NCBI GenBank assembly: GCA_045863235.1
Contig: BTUM01000006.1
Span: forward strand, 1 to 64,000
From: Candidatus Xenobia bacterium
GTDB taxonomy: Bacteria; Vulcanimicrobiota; Xenobia; Xenobiales; QWHO01
DNA length: 64,000 nucleotides
Direction of reading: 5' to 3'
The notes under the pieces are model-generated. The model saw only the letters and a program-made list of their open reading frames with translations. It did no database searches and had not been told where the DNA came from. Numbering within the stretch: the stretch's first letter is position 1; each line of letters opens with the position of its first letter. Position numbers and translations under genes: made by a program. Of this stretch, positions 25,619 to 34,766 are shown in pieces.

Positions 25619-27715
25619 ATGTTCCAGGTCGTTCAGGACGTTGCCCGCCGCAAGGTGCTGGTGTCTCAGGTGCCCGACCCGGTGGTGCGACCCGGGCACG
25701 TCCTGATCGCCAACACCTGCTCGGTCATCTCGGCCGGAACCGAGCGCAGCGTGACCAGGCTGGCCAACAAATCTTTGCTGGGCAAGGCCCGCGCTCGCCC
25801 CGACCTGGTGCGCCAGGTGCTGCGCAAGCTCAAGACCGAGGGCCTGGCGCGCACGCTCGACCAGGTCTCGGCCAAGCTCAAGGAGCCGGTTGCGCTCGGC
25901 TACTCCTCCGCCGGGGTGGTGCTGGCCGCCGGGCAGGGCGTGGAGAGCCTGAAGCCGGGCGACCGGGTGGCCTCCAACGGCCCTCACGCCGGCATCGTGT
26001 GTGTGCCCCAGCACCTTTGCGCGCGCATCCCCGAGGAGGTGGACCAGGTCGAAGCCGCCTTCACCATCCTGGCCTGCATCGCCCTGCAGGGTGTGCGCCT
26101 GGCCGAGCTGGGGCTGGGCGAGTCGGCTCTGGTGATCGGGCTGGGGCTGGTGGGGCAGTTGACGGTGGCCCTTCTCAAGGCCCAGGGCTGTCGGGTTCTG
26201 GGCACCGACCTGGCAGCCGGTCGGGCCCGGTTAGCTCTGCAGATGGGCGCCGACCGGGCCGAAACCGAGCTGGAGGCGGGGCTGATCCGCGATTTCACCG
26301 GAGCCGACGGTTTCGATGCCGTGCTGGTGGCCGCATCGACTCCCAGCGCCGCTCCCCTCGAGCTGGCCGGCGAGGCCGTGCGGAAGAAGGGCCGGGTGGT
26401 GGTGATCGGGGCGGTGGGCATGACCTTGCCGCGCCAGAGCTACTACCTCAAGGAAGCCGAGCTGGTGGTCTCCTGCTCGTACGGTCCGGGGCGCTACGAC
26501 CCGAGCTACGAGGAGCGGGGCCGCGACTATCCGGCCGCCTACGTTCGCTGGACCGAGCAGCGCAACATGACAGCGGTGTTGGAGCTCATGCGCAGAGGCC
26601 AGCTGCTGACCCGCCCCCTGATCAGTCGTCGTTACTCGGTGGAGCAGGCCGAGGAGGCCTACAAGCTGCTCGACGAGGCCAGCGAGGATTGCCTGGGCAT
26701 CGTGCTGGAATACCCCGAGCTGCCTCCCCAGAAGCGAGTCACCCTGGCCCATCGGCCCACCTCAGGCAGGAGCGAGCTGGGGGTGGCCTGCCTCGGCACG
26801 GGCCAGTTTGCCCGGCTGGTGATGCTGCCCATCCTGGGACGCCTGAAGGGGGTTCGTCCCGTGATGCTGTGCTCGGCCGGTGGGCTCAGCGCCCGCTACG
26901 CCGGCGAGAGCCATGGCTTCGAGGAGGTCACCGCCGATGAGGACGAGGTCTTCCGCGACCCGCGCGTCGACGCGGTGCTCATCTTCACCCGCCACAACCA
27001 GCACGCAGCTCAGGTGGTGAAAGCCCTGGAGGCGGGCAAGCATGTCTTCGTGGAGAAGCCGCTGGCGCTCAGCCTGGAGGAGGTGCTGGCGGTGGAGACC
27101 GCCCTGGCCGAGCGGCCCCACCTTTGTCTGACCGTGGGGTTCAACCGGCGCTTCGCCCCCCTGGCCCGCGAGACGCGCAACTTTTTCGCGGATCTGCGCT
27201 CGCCTCTCACCTGCTCGGTGCGCTTCAACGCCGGCTACCTGAGCGCCGACCATTGGACCCAGGAAGAAGGTGGACGCTTGCTGGGGGAAGCCTGCCACGC
27301 CATCGATCTGGCCAGCTTCCTGGTGGGCTCGCCTCCCGAGCGGGTCTTTGCCGAGTCGGCCGGCGCCGACGATCAGGCCCTGATGCTCCTGCGCCATCGT
27401 TCCGGCTCGACCTCGCAGATCGCCTATCTCGCCGGCGGCAGTCCGAGCTTTGAGAAGGAGCGGGTGGAGCTGACCGGCGGGGGCCGGATGGCGGTCATCG
27501 AGGATTTCCGATCGGCCCGCTTTTCGGACGGGCGCACCAGCAAGAGCAGTCAGGACAAAGGCCACCGGGCCGAGCTCTCGGCCTTCGTGGCCGGGCTGAT
27601 GCAGGGCGGCCCACCCCCTATCCCCTTCGAGGAGATCCGGGCCACCTCGCTGGCCGCTCTGGCCGCGGTGCAGAGCCTGCGTGAGGGCGTGCCGCTGCCG
27701 GTCGAGCCGGACTGA
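25619..27715 (+). CDS. Bi-domain oxidoreductase (Zn-ADH-like plus Gfo/Idh/MocA)
   Basis: SVISAGTE, LGYSSAG, IGLGLVG, SCSYGPGRYDP.YE, RWTEQRN, HVFVEKPLA, GFNRRF, GEACH.ID. Confidence 0.92.
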   Translation: MFQVVQDVARRKVLVSQVPDPVVRPGHVLIANTCSVISAGTERSVTRLANKSLLGKARARPDLVRQVLRKLKTEGLARTLDQVSAKLKEPVALGYSSAGVVLAAGQGVESLKPGDRVASNGPHAGIVCVPQHLCARIPEEVDQVEAAFTILACIALQGVRLAELGLGESALVIGLGLVGQLTVALLKAQGCRVLGTDLAAGRARLALQMGADRAETELEAGLIRDFTGADGFDAVLVAASTPSAAPLELAGEAVRKKGRVVVIGAVGMTLPRQSYYLKEAELVVSCSYGPGRYDPSYEERGRDYPAAYVRWTEQRNMTAVLELMRRGQLLTRPLISRRYSVEQAEEAYKLLDEASEDCLGIVLEYPELPPQKRVTLAHRPTSGRSELGVACLGTGQFARLVMLPILGRLKGVRPVMLCSAGGLSARYAGESHGFEEVTADEDEVFRDPRVDAVLIFTRHNQHAAQVVKALEAGKHVFVEKPLALSLEEVLAVETALAERPHLCLTVGFNRRFAPLARETRNFFADLRSPLTCSVRFNAGYLSADHWTQEEGGRLLGEACHAIDLASFLVGSPPERVFAESAGADDQALMLLRHRSGSTSQIAYLAGGSPSFEKERVELTGGGRMAVIEDFRSARFSDGRTSKSSQDKGHRAELSAFVAGLMQGGPPPIPFEEIRATSLAALAAVQSLREGVPLPVEPD

Positions 27716-29574
27716 TGTGCGGCATCGTGGGCGTGGTCGACGGGCGCAGTCCGGTCGATCCGGCCTTGCTGGCCCGCATGCGTGACAGCCTGGCCCACCG
27801 CGGCCCTGACGGCGCCGGGCTGTGGCTCTGCCCCGAGGGCCGCGCGGGGCTGGCCCACCGCCGCCTGGCCGTGCTCGACCTGACTCCCGAGGCGGCCCAG
27901 CCCATGACCAACGAGGACGGGACCCTCTGGCTGACCTACAACGGCGAGATCTACAACCACGCCGAGCTGCGCGCCGAGCTTTCCCGGCACCGGTTCCGCA
28001 CCCGCAGCTCGGATACCGAGGTCATCTTGCACGGCTACGAGGAGTGGGGGGTGGGTGTTCTCCAGCGCCTGCGAGGCATGTTCGCCTTCGGCCTGTATGA
28101 TAGCCGGAGCGGCAAGCTGCTCCTGGCCCGCGACCGGCTGGGGGTCAAGCCCCTCTACTACACGCGGGCGGGCACCAGCTTTCTGTTTGCCTCCGAGATC
28201 AAAGCTCTGCTCTTGCATCCTCAGGTCGCAAGGCGCATGGACGAGCGGGCTCTGGGCCACTACCTCACCTTCCTCACCACTCCGGCACCCGGCACGCTGT
28301 TCGAAGGCATCTTCAAGCTGCCCGCGGGCCACTCTCTCGAGCTCGAGCCAGGCGGATCCGAGCGGCTCGAGCGCTACTGGGAGCTGTGGCAAGAGGTGCG
28401 GGATCTGTCCGGACTGGGTGAAGAGGAGGTGGCCGAGAGGCTCTTGCAGGAGCTGCGCACCTCGGTGCGGTTGCGCCAGCTGGCCGACGTGCCCGTGGGC
28501 GTGCTCCTCTCGGGAGGGCTCGACTCCAGCACCAACGCCGCGCTCTTTGCCGAGACCGGTCCGGTCAAGACCTTCTCGGTGGACTACCACGGTGACCCCC
28601 GCAGCCAGCCCAGCGAGCTGGCCCATGCCCGCCTGATGGCCCGTCGCGTTGGCGCCGAGCATCATGAGGTGCGGCTGACCTTGCAGGACCTGCACGACTT
28701 CCTGCCCCGCATGATCGAGCTGCAGGACGAGCCCCTGGGGGATCCGGTTTCGGTTCCGCTCTACTACGTCTCGCGCCTGGCCCGGGAGCACGGCGTGGTG
28801 GTGGTCCACGTGGGAGAGGGAGCCGACGAGCTGTTCTGGGGCTATCCCACCTGGCGGCTCAAGCTGCGGCTCGAGCAGCTCAACCGGCTGCCGGTGCCCA
28901 TGGCCTGCAAGAGCTGGCTGCTGCGGCTCTTGAGGTGGGCGGGCGCCTCCGAGTCACGAGCCTTCGAGGCGTTGCGCCGGGCCACCCGGGGCCAGCCCAT
29001 CTTCTGGGGCGGGGCCGACATCTTTACCGAGGAGCGCAAGAATCGGCTTCTGCGGACGGTGGTCAGGCCCAGTTGGGAGGAGGCCCTCGCTCCTCACTGG
29101 GAGCGCTTTCAGCGCCTGGCCTGTGAGCGCAGCCCACTCAACTGGATGAGCTACCTCGATCTCTGCCTTCGTCTGCCGGAGCTCTTGCTGATGCGGGTGG
29201 ACAAGATGACCATGGGAGCCTCCCTGGAGGCCCGGGTCCCGTTTCTCGATCACCGGCTGGTGGAGCTTTCCATGGGGATCGGCCAGCGGCTCAAGACGCG
29301 GGGGGGGCGGCTCAAGCACATTCTCAAGCGGGCCGTGGCGCCGCTCTTGCCGGCCGAGATCGTGGAGCGCCCCAAGCAGGGCTTCGGTGTGCCCCTGACC
29401 GAGTGGTTGCGCGAAGGTCTGCGCGCCCCCATGGAGGCGAGCGTGCTGGCCTTCTGCCGCCGCTCGGAGGCCTTCGACCCGGTCTATGCCCGGCGCCTCC
29501 TGGGGGGCGATCCCCAGCGGGCCTGGACCCTCTACAACCTGGCCCTGTGGCACGAGCGATGGATCGCGAGCTGA
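27715..29574 (+). CDS. asnB: Asparagine synthase (glutamine-hydrolysing)-like amidotransferase
   Basis: MCGI, HRGPDG, HRRLA, NGEIYN, SDTEV, RDRLGVKPLYY, LSGGLDSS, GEGADE, EARVPFLD. Confidence 0.95.
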   Translation: MCGIVGVVDGRSPVDPALLARMRDSLAHRGPDGAGLWLCPEGRAGLAHRRLAVLDLTPEAAQPMTNEDGTLWLTYNGEIYNHAELRAELSRHRFRTRSSDTEVILHGYEEWGVGVLQRLRGMFAFGLYDSRSGKLLLARDRLGVKPLYYTRAGTSFLFASEIKALLLHPQVARRMDERALGHYLTFLTTPAPGTLFEGIFKLPAGHSLELEPGGSERLERYWELWQEVRDLSGLGEEEVAERLLQELRTSVRLRQLADVPVGVLLSGGLDSSTNAALFAETGPVKTFSVDYHGDPRSQPSELAHARLMARRVGAEHHEVRLTLQDLHDFLPRMIELQDEPLGDPVSVPLYYVSRLAREHGVVVVHVGEGADELFWGYPTWRLKLRLEQLNRLPVPMACKSWLLRLLRWAGASESRAFEALRRATRGQPIFWGGADIFTEERKNRLLRTVVRPSWEEALAPHWERFQRLACERSPLNWMSYLDLCLRLPELLLMRVDKMTMGASLEARVPFLDHRLVELSMGIGQRLKTRGGRLKHILKRAVAPLLPAEIVERPKQGFGVPLTEWLREGLRAPMEASVLAFCRRSEAFDPVYARRLLGGDPQRAWTLYNLALWHERWIAS

Positions 29575-31304
29575 CCGCCCTGCGTCTCAAGCGCCTGGTG
29601 GGCAAACCCCCGGCCTTTTTGTGGCGGCGCTTCTGGCTCGAGCTGGGGGCCCGCTGGGAGGAGCTTCAGGTAGCCTGGGGCTGGAAACGCTTCGAGCTGG
29701 GTCCCGAGGCCTGGGATCAGGCCCGACAGCGTCCCTGGCCGCTGGCCCACCTGGCCGACGAGCCGGGTTTCCTGGAGCGAGCCGAGGAGGCTCGGGAACA
29801 GCGGGTGGACCTGCTCGGCTCGGGCCCACTCAGCTTGCGACCGGTGGACTGGCACCGCGACTACCGGTCCGGCTACGTCTGGCCGCGCCGCCACATCCGC
29901 CGGTTGCAGGCTGCCCGGACCGGAGCCGAGGTCAAGTTCCCCTGGGAGCTCTCGCGCCACCAGTGGCTGCTGCCTCTGGGCCAGGCCTATCGGGCCACCG
30001 GAGAGGAGCGCTATGCCCAGGCCGCTCGCGAGCTCCTGTCCGGCTGGATCGCCCACAACCCCTATGCCGTCGGGGTGAACTGGGCCGTCGCCATGGAGCC
30101 GGCCCTGCGCCTTGTCAGCTGGACCTGCCTGTTCCACCTGCTGAGCCCCAGTTCTGCCTGGGCCGACCCGGCCTTTCGGAGCGATTTCCTGGCCTCGCTG
30201 AATGCCCAGGCCCACTACGTGGCCAGTCACCTGGAGTATTCCGACCTGAACGGCAACCACTACCTGGCCGGCGCCGTGGGGCTGATCGCCGCTGGCGTCT
30301 TCTTCGGACGACCCCGGTGGAAGTCGCGGGGACTGGCGATCCTGCGCCAGGAGCTGCCCCGCCAGGTCTCGCGCGACGGGGTCGACTTCGAGGGCTCGGT
30401 GGCTTACCACCGTTTCGTGCTCGAGCTCTTCTCGGTTGGCTTCTTGCTGGCCGGGGAGGGAGACGGCACGCTCGCTGCCATGCTCGACTTCTACGCAGCC
30501 TGCCTGCGCCCGGACGGCTCTCTGCCTCAGCTGGGAGACAACGACGACGGGCGCGTCCTGCCAGGCTTTCGGCTGCTCTCTCCTGCAGCGGTCGGCTCGC
30601 TCGGTTTCCCCGATGGAGGCTACTTCGTCATGCGCAATCAGCATGACCACGTCTTCATCGACTGCGCCCCGGTGGGCATGGCCGGGCGGGGAGGCCACGG
30701 GCACAACGACTGTCTCAGCTTCGAAGCCATCTTGCTGGGGTGTCCCCTGATTGTGGACAGCGGGACTGGTTGCTACACCTTCGACCCCGAGCTACGCAAC
30801 CGGCTGCGCTCCACCGCGGCTCACAACACGCCCCAGCTCGACGACCTGGAGCTGAACCGCTTCGTTCATCCCAGGTTGCTCTGGGTGCTGCGCGACGACG
30901 CCCGGCCTCACCTGGACCGCTTTGAGACCGGTCGTGAGCGGGACCTGTTCCGTGGCTGGCACACGGGCTACCCGGGCGCGCGTCCGGTGCGCACCCTCGA
31001 GCTCGAGCACTCCAGCCACACTCTGCGGCTGGTGGACGAAGTGGAGGGGCGGGGCCCGCGGCGCCTGAGCATCCCGCTTCACCTGCACCCGGCCGTGGAA
31101 TGCGTCCGGCAGGACCAGGCCGTGCGCCTTTGCTGCCGCGGTCAGGCTTTCGAGCTGGCCTGGAGCGGCCCCGGCCTGACCTTGGAGGAGCTGCCCGGTC
31201 CTGGTTTCTCGCCTTCCTACGGGGTGCTCGAGCCCAACCGCAAGCTGGTCTGGAGCGGCGAGCAGCTGCCCGCCCGCCTGGAATGGAGCCTGCGGCCGGC
31301 ATGA
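29559..31304 (+). CDS. Heparinase II/III family protein
   Basis: VDWHRD, K.PWELSR.QW, GVNW, NHYL, EGS..YHRF, GD.DDG, GHGHND.LSF, DSGT..YT, RSTAAHNT. Confidence 0.9.
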   Translation: MDRELTALRLKRLVGKPPAFLWRRFWLELGARWEELQVAWGWKRFELGPEAWDQARQRPWPLAHLADEPGFLERAEEAREQRVDLLGSGPLSLRPVDWHRDYRSGYVWPRRHIRRLQAARTGAEVKFPWELSRHQWLLPLGQAYRATGEERYAQAARELLSGWIAHNPYAVGVNWAVAMEPALRLVSWTCLFHLLSPSSAWADPAFRSDFLASLNAQAHYVASHLEYSDLNGNHYLAGAVGLIAAGVFFGRPRWKSRGLAILRQELPRQVSRDGVDFEGSVAYHRFVLELFSVGFLLAGEGDGTLAAMLDFYAACLRPDGSLPQLGDNDDGRVLPGFRLLSPAAVGSLGFPDGGYFVMRNQHDHVFIDCAPVGMAGRGGHGHNDCLSFEAILLGCPLIVDSGTGCYTFDPELRNRLRSTAAHNTPQLDDLELNRFVHPRLLWVLRDDARPHLDRFETGRERDLFRGWHTGYPGARPVRTLELEHSSHTLRLVDEVEGRGPRRLSIPLHLHPAVECVRQDQAVRLCCRGQAFELAWSGPGLTLEELPGPGFSPSYGVLEPNRKLVWSGEQLPARLEWSLRPA

Positions 31305-32002
31305 AGCGCTTCCTGGACCGACTTCTCTATCCTGGCTGGTCCGACGATTGGGACGCTCGTCTGTTCCGCCAGCTGGTGCTCTCCCGCCTGACACCCGGGG
31401 CGGAGGTCCTCGACCTGGGGGCCGGCGCGGGCCTCCTGAGCGAGCTTGACTTCCGTGGTTTGTGCCGGCGTATCGTGGGGGTGGACCCGGATCCCTGCGT
31501 TCGGGACAACCCCTTTCTCGACGAGGCCGTGGTCAGCTCCGGGCTGCCTTTTCCGGAGGCCAGCTTCGACCTGGTCCTGTGTCACAATGTCTGCGAGCAC
31601 CTCGAGGAGCCCACCCGGACCTTTGCCGAGGTCTACCGGGTGCTCAGGCCGGGAGGCCGGCTCCTGCTCAAGACACCCAATCGGCGCCACTACGTTCCTC
31701 TGATCGCTCGCCTGACCCCGCACTGGTTCCACCAGTGGGTCAACGAGCTGCGGGGACGTCCCGCCCGGCACACCTATCCCACCTTCTACCGGGCCAACAC
31801 TCCCTCCGACCTTCGCCGGCTGTGCGGCAAGGCTGGTCTGGAGCTGGAGAGCCTGGAACTGGTGGAGGGGCGTCCCGAGTACCTGCGAATGACCCCCTTC
31901 ACCTACCTGGTGGGATGGCTCTACGAGCGGCTGGTCAACTCCATCCCTGCCCTGAAAGGCTTTCGGGTGGTCTTGCTGGCCACCTGTCGGAGGCCGCCGT
32001 GA
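31301..32002 (+). CDS. Class I SAM-dependent methyltransferase
   Basis: VLDLGAGAG, LPFPEASFDLV, EHL, RVLRPGG; ATGA overlap with the upstream gene. Confidence 0.9.
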   Translation: MKRFLDRLLYPGWSDDWDARLFRQLVLSRLTPGAEVLDLGAGAGLLSELDFRGLCRRIVGVDPDPCVRDNPFLDEAVVSSGLPFPEASFDLVLCHNVCEHLEEPTRTFAEVYRVLRPGGRLLLKTPNRRHYVPLIARLTPHWFHQWVNELRGRPARHTYPTFYRANTPSDLRRLCGKAGLELESLELVEGRPEYLRMTPFTYLVGWLYERLVNSIPALKGFRVVLLATCRRPP

Positions 32003-33492
32003 AGGGCTTCCTGACCCAGGTGCGGCATACGCCTCCGACTCAGCTCTGGCACCGGTTGCGGCTGCTGGTCAAGCGACGTTGTCTGCAGGCCTGGTATCGG
32101 CTGGCACCCCGACCCGGACTTCCGGCCCCCGCCCCCCTCTCGGATCGCGCCTGGGTGGCTCCGAGTCTCCATCCCATGCCCCTTCTCGACCCGAGCACGC
32201 CGCTCGGGCGCCTGCGCGCCCACTGCCAGGCCGAGCCTGGTCGCGCTTGGATCGAGGGCAACCCGCCCTACGGGCCGCGTTACTGGGAGGACAGCTGGAA
32301 CAGCTGGGCTATTTCCATCCGCAGCCTGGCCTGGATGCACGCCTGCCGGACCGGCCAGGTCAGCGACCGCGAGCTGGTGCTGCGCAGCCTGACTCAGCAG
32401 CTCGAATTCTTGCTCTCCAACCTCGAGCTGGACATCCGGGGCAACCACCTGCTCAAGAACGCCCGTACCCTGCTCTTTGCCGGCCGCTTCTTCGCCGGCC
32501 AGCTGGGCCAGCGCTGCCACCGGGTCGGCCGCCAGTTGCTGGAAGAGTGCCTGGCCGAGCAGTTCCCCGATGGGTTGCACTTTGAGAACAGCCCCGCCTA
32601 TCACTGCGAGGCCACCGCCGACCTCATCGACTGCCAGGCGTGCCTGAACGAGCCCCATCCCCGGCTGGAGGCCCTGATCGCCTCGGCTCGCAGAGCCGTG
32701 GCCGAGCTGACCCATCCCGACGGTCAGCTCAGCCTGCTCAACGACGGTGGATTCTCGTGGCTGCGGCCCGTGGCGAGCGAGGCTCGGGACCACTTCCACT
32801 ACCCGGGGGCCGGCTACGCCGGCCTGCGCGGGCCTGGCTTCCTGCTGCTCTACGACTTCGGCCAGCTGGCCCCGGACGCGTTGCCAGCCCACTCGCACGC
32901 CGACATCTTTAGCTTCGAGCTCTCCGTGCAGGGCCAGCGGGTCTTCGTGGACCACGGCTGTTTTCAATATCATCCGGGGCGCTGGCGGCGCTATGCTCGC
33001 TCGACCCCCATCCACAACACCGTCAGCCTGGATGGGGGCGACCAGGGCGACCTGAGCGGATCGTTTCGCCTGGGTCGTCGCGGCCGTACCCGGGTGCTGC
33101 GCTGCCGCGTCGAGCCCGACCTGCTGGAGGTGCTGGCCGAGCACACCGGCTTTGCCCATCTTCCGGGGGCACCGGTGCATCGGCGCCACTTTCGAGCCAC
33201 CCGAACCGGGCTCGAGGTGCACGACAGCCTGCTGGGCGGCCGGGGCCAGCGGGCCCGGGCCAGCTTGCTGCTCCACCCGGCCATCCGCCCTCGCCCGGTG
33301 GAGGGCGGCCTGGGGCTTGGGCCCATCAGCCTGTTTACGTCTTGTTCGTTCTGTTTTCGGCGGTCATGGTGGTGTCCTGACCTTGGAGTGCGCGTTCCGA
33401 CAGTGAAAATATTGTTCGAGTACGGTCTCGTCCCTTGCCAGGGCTTCTTCCGGGTGACCTGGAATGATGCAGGGTGCACCTCTGGATCTTGA
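31999..33492 (+). CDS. Second heparinase II/III family protein
   Basis: LELDIRGNHLLKN, HFENSPAYH, HPDG....ND, AHSHADIFSFELS, VDHG, RSTPIHNTV. Confidence 0.85.
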   Translation: MKGFLTQVRHTPPTQLWHRLRLLVKRRCLQAWYRLAPRPGLPAPAPLSDRAWVAPSLHPMPLLDPSTPLGRLRAHCQAEPGRAWIEGNPPYGPRYWEDSWNSWAISIRSLAWMHACRTGQVSDRELVLRSLTQQLEFLLSNLELDIRGNHLLKNARTLLFAGRFFAGQLGQRCHRVGRQLLEECLAEQFPDGLHFENSPAYHCEATADLIDCQACLNEPHPRLEALIASARRAVAELTHPDGQLSLLNDGGFSWLRPVASEARDHFHYPGAGYAGLRGPGFLLLYDFGQLAPDALPAHSHADIFSFELSVQGQRVFVDHGCFQYHPGRWRRYARSTPIHNTVSLDGGDQGDLSGSFRLGRRGRTRVLRCRVEPDLLEVLAEHTGFAHLPGAPVHRRHFRATRTGLEVHDSLLGGRGQRARASLLLHPAIRPRPVEGGLGLGPISLFTSCSFCFRRSWWCPDLGVRVPTVKILFEYGLVPCQGFFRVTWNDAGCTSGS

Positions 33493-34739
33493 GCCACAAT
33501 TTTCCTCCCGAGAGCAACGCCCTGGCCCATCGCACCTTCGAGAACGCCCGCGAGTGGGTCAAGGGCGGGCATAGCTTCGACGTGCTAACCGACGTGCCGC
33601 ACTTCCCGGAGGGACGTGTCTATCGCGGTTATGCCAACCGGTTCCAGCACGAGGAGACCAGCGAGGGGATCTCGGTCTATCGCGTGCCCATCCTGCCGGC
33701 TGAGAATCGCAACGTGTTCCGGCGCACAGTCTCCTATGTCTCCTACCTGCTTTCCCTCTTGCTGTTCAGCGGGAGGGTGGAGCGCAAGCCTACGGCGATT
33801 TTCGCATCGACGCCTCAGATCTTCACCGCTCTGGCGGGCTATCTGTTGAGCTTGCGCTACCGCGTGCCCCTGGTGCTGGAGGTGCGCGACCTGTGGCCGG
33901 AGTCCATCAGCGCCGTGGGAGCCGTTTCCAGCGCATTCCTGCTGCGTCCGGTGCAGTGGCTGGCCGACCATCTCTACCGCCACGCCCGACTGATCGTGGT
34001 GCTGACCGATGCCTTCCGCACCGTCATTGCTGGGCGCGGGATCGATCCTGACAAGATCGTGGTGAGTCCCCCCGGAGTTTGCTCGGATTGGCTCGAGCAG
34101 GCGGTCACTCCCGAAGCGGTGGAGCGGCTTCGGGCGGAGCACCACCTCGAGGGAAAATTCGTGGTCTCTTACATCGGGACCATCGGAATGGCGCACGGGG
34201 TGGACTTGATGCTGGAGGCCGCCCGCCGCTGCAAGAATCCGGAGGTGGCTTTCGCAGTGGTGGGCACGGGGGCGGCCCGGCGAGACCTGGAGAAGGAGCT
34301 GGCCGAGCGCCCCTGCCCGAATTTCTACCTGTTTTCCAAGCAGCCCCGCGAGCTGATCCCCGTCTGGCTGGGTGTGACGAGCCTGTCGCTGGTTCTGCTC
34401 AAGGACAAGCCGGTCTTCGAGACGGTCATTCCCTCCAAGCTGATCGAGGCCATGGGGGCGGGCAAGCCGGTGGTGCTGGGAATTCGCGGCGAAGCCGCCC
34501 GACTCTTGCGCCGGGCTCAGGCGGGCGTCTGTTTTGCTCCCGGGCAGGTGGACGAGCTGGTGGCGGCTGTCGAGCAACTGGCCGGCGATCCGGCTGCCCT
34601 GGCGCTCTACGCGGAGAATGGCCACCGCTACGCCCGTCGCCACCATGATCGGGGAGTGCTGGCCGTAGAGCTCTGGAAGCACCTCGAGCAGGCCCTTGCT
34701 CCGGTGACCGAGGACGAGAGCCTGAGCCTTCCGGCCTGA
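33474..34739 (+). CDS. Glycosyltransferase family 4 (WbuB-like)
   Basis: HNFPPE, P.FPEG, LEVRDLWPES, YIGTIGMAHG, IPSKL.EAM.AGKPV. Confidence 0.92.
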   Translation: MHLWILSHNFPPESNALAHRTFENAREWVKGGHSFDVLTDVPHFPEGRVYRGYANRFQHEETSEGISVYRVPILPAENRNVFRRTVSYVSYLLSLLLFSGRVERKPTAIFASTPQIFTALAGYLLSLRYRVPLVLEVRDLWPESISAVGAVSSAFLLRPVQWLADHLYRHARLIVVLTDAFRTVIAGRGIDPDKIVVSPPGVCSDWLEQAVTPEAVERLRAEHHLEGKFVVSYIGTIGMAHGVDLMLEAARRCKNPEVAFAVVGTGAARRDLEKELAERPCPNFYLFSKQPRELIPVWLGVTSLSLVLLKDKPVFETVIPSKLIEAMGAGKPVVLGIRGEAARLLRRAQAGVCFAPGQVDELVAAVEQLAGDPAALALYAENGHRYARRHHDRGVLAVELWKHLEQALAPVTEDESLSLPA

Positions 34740-34766
34740 GGGTCAGCTCCCCGCGTTCGCGGAGAT

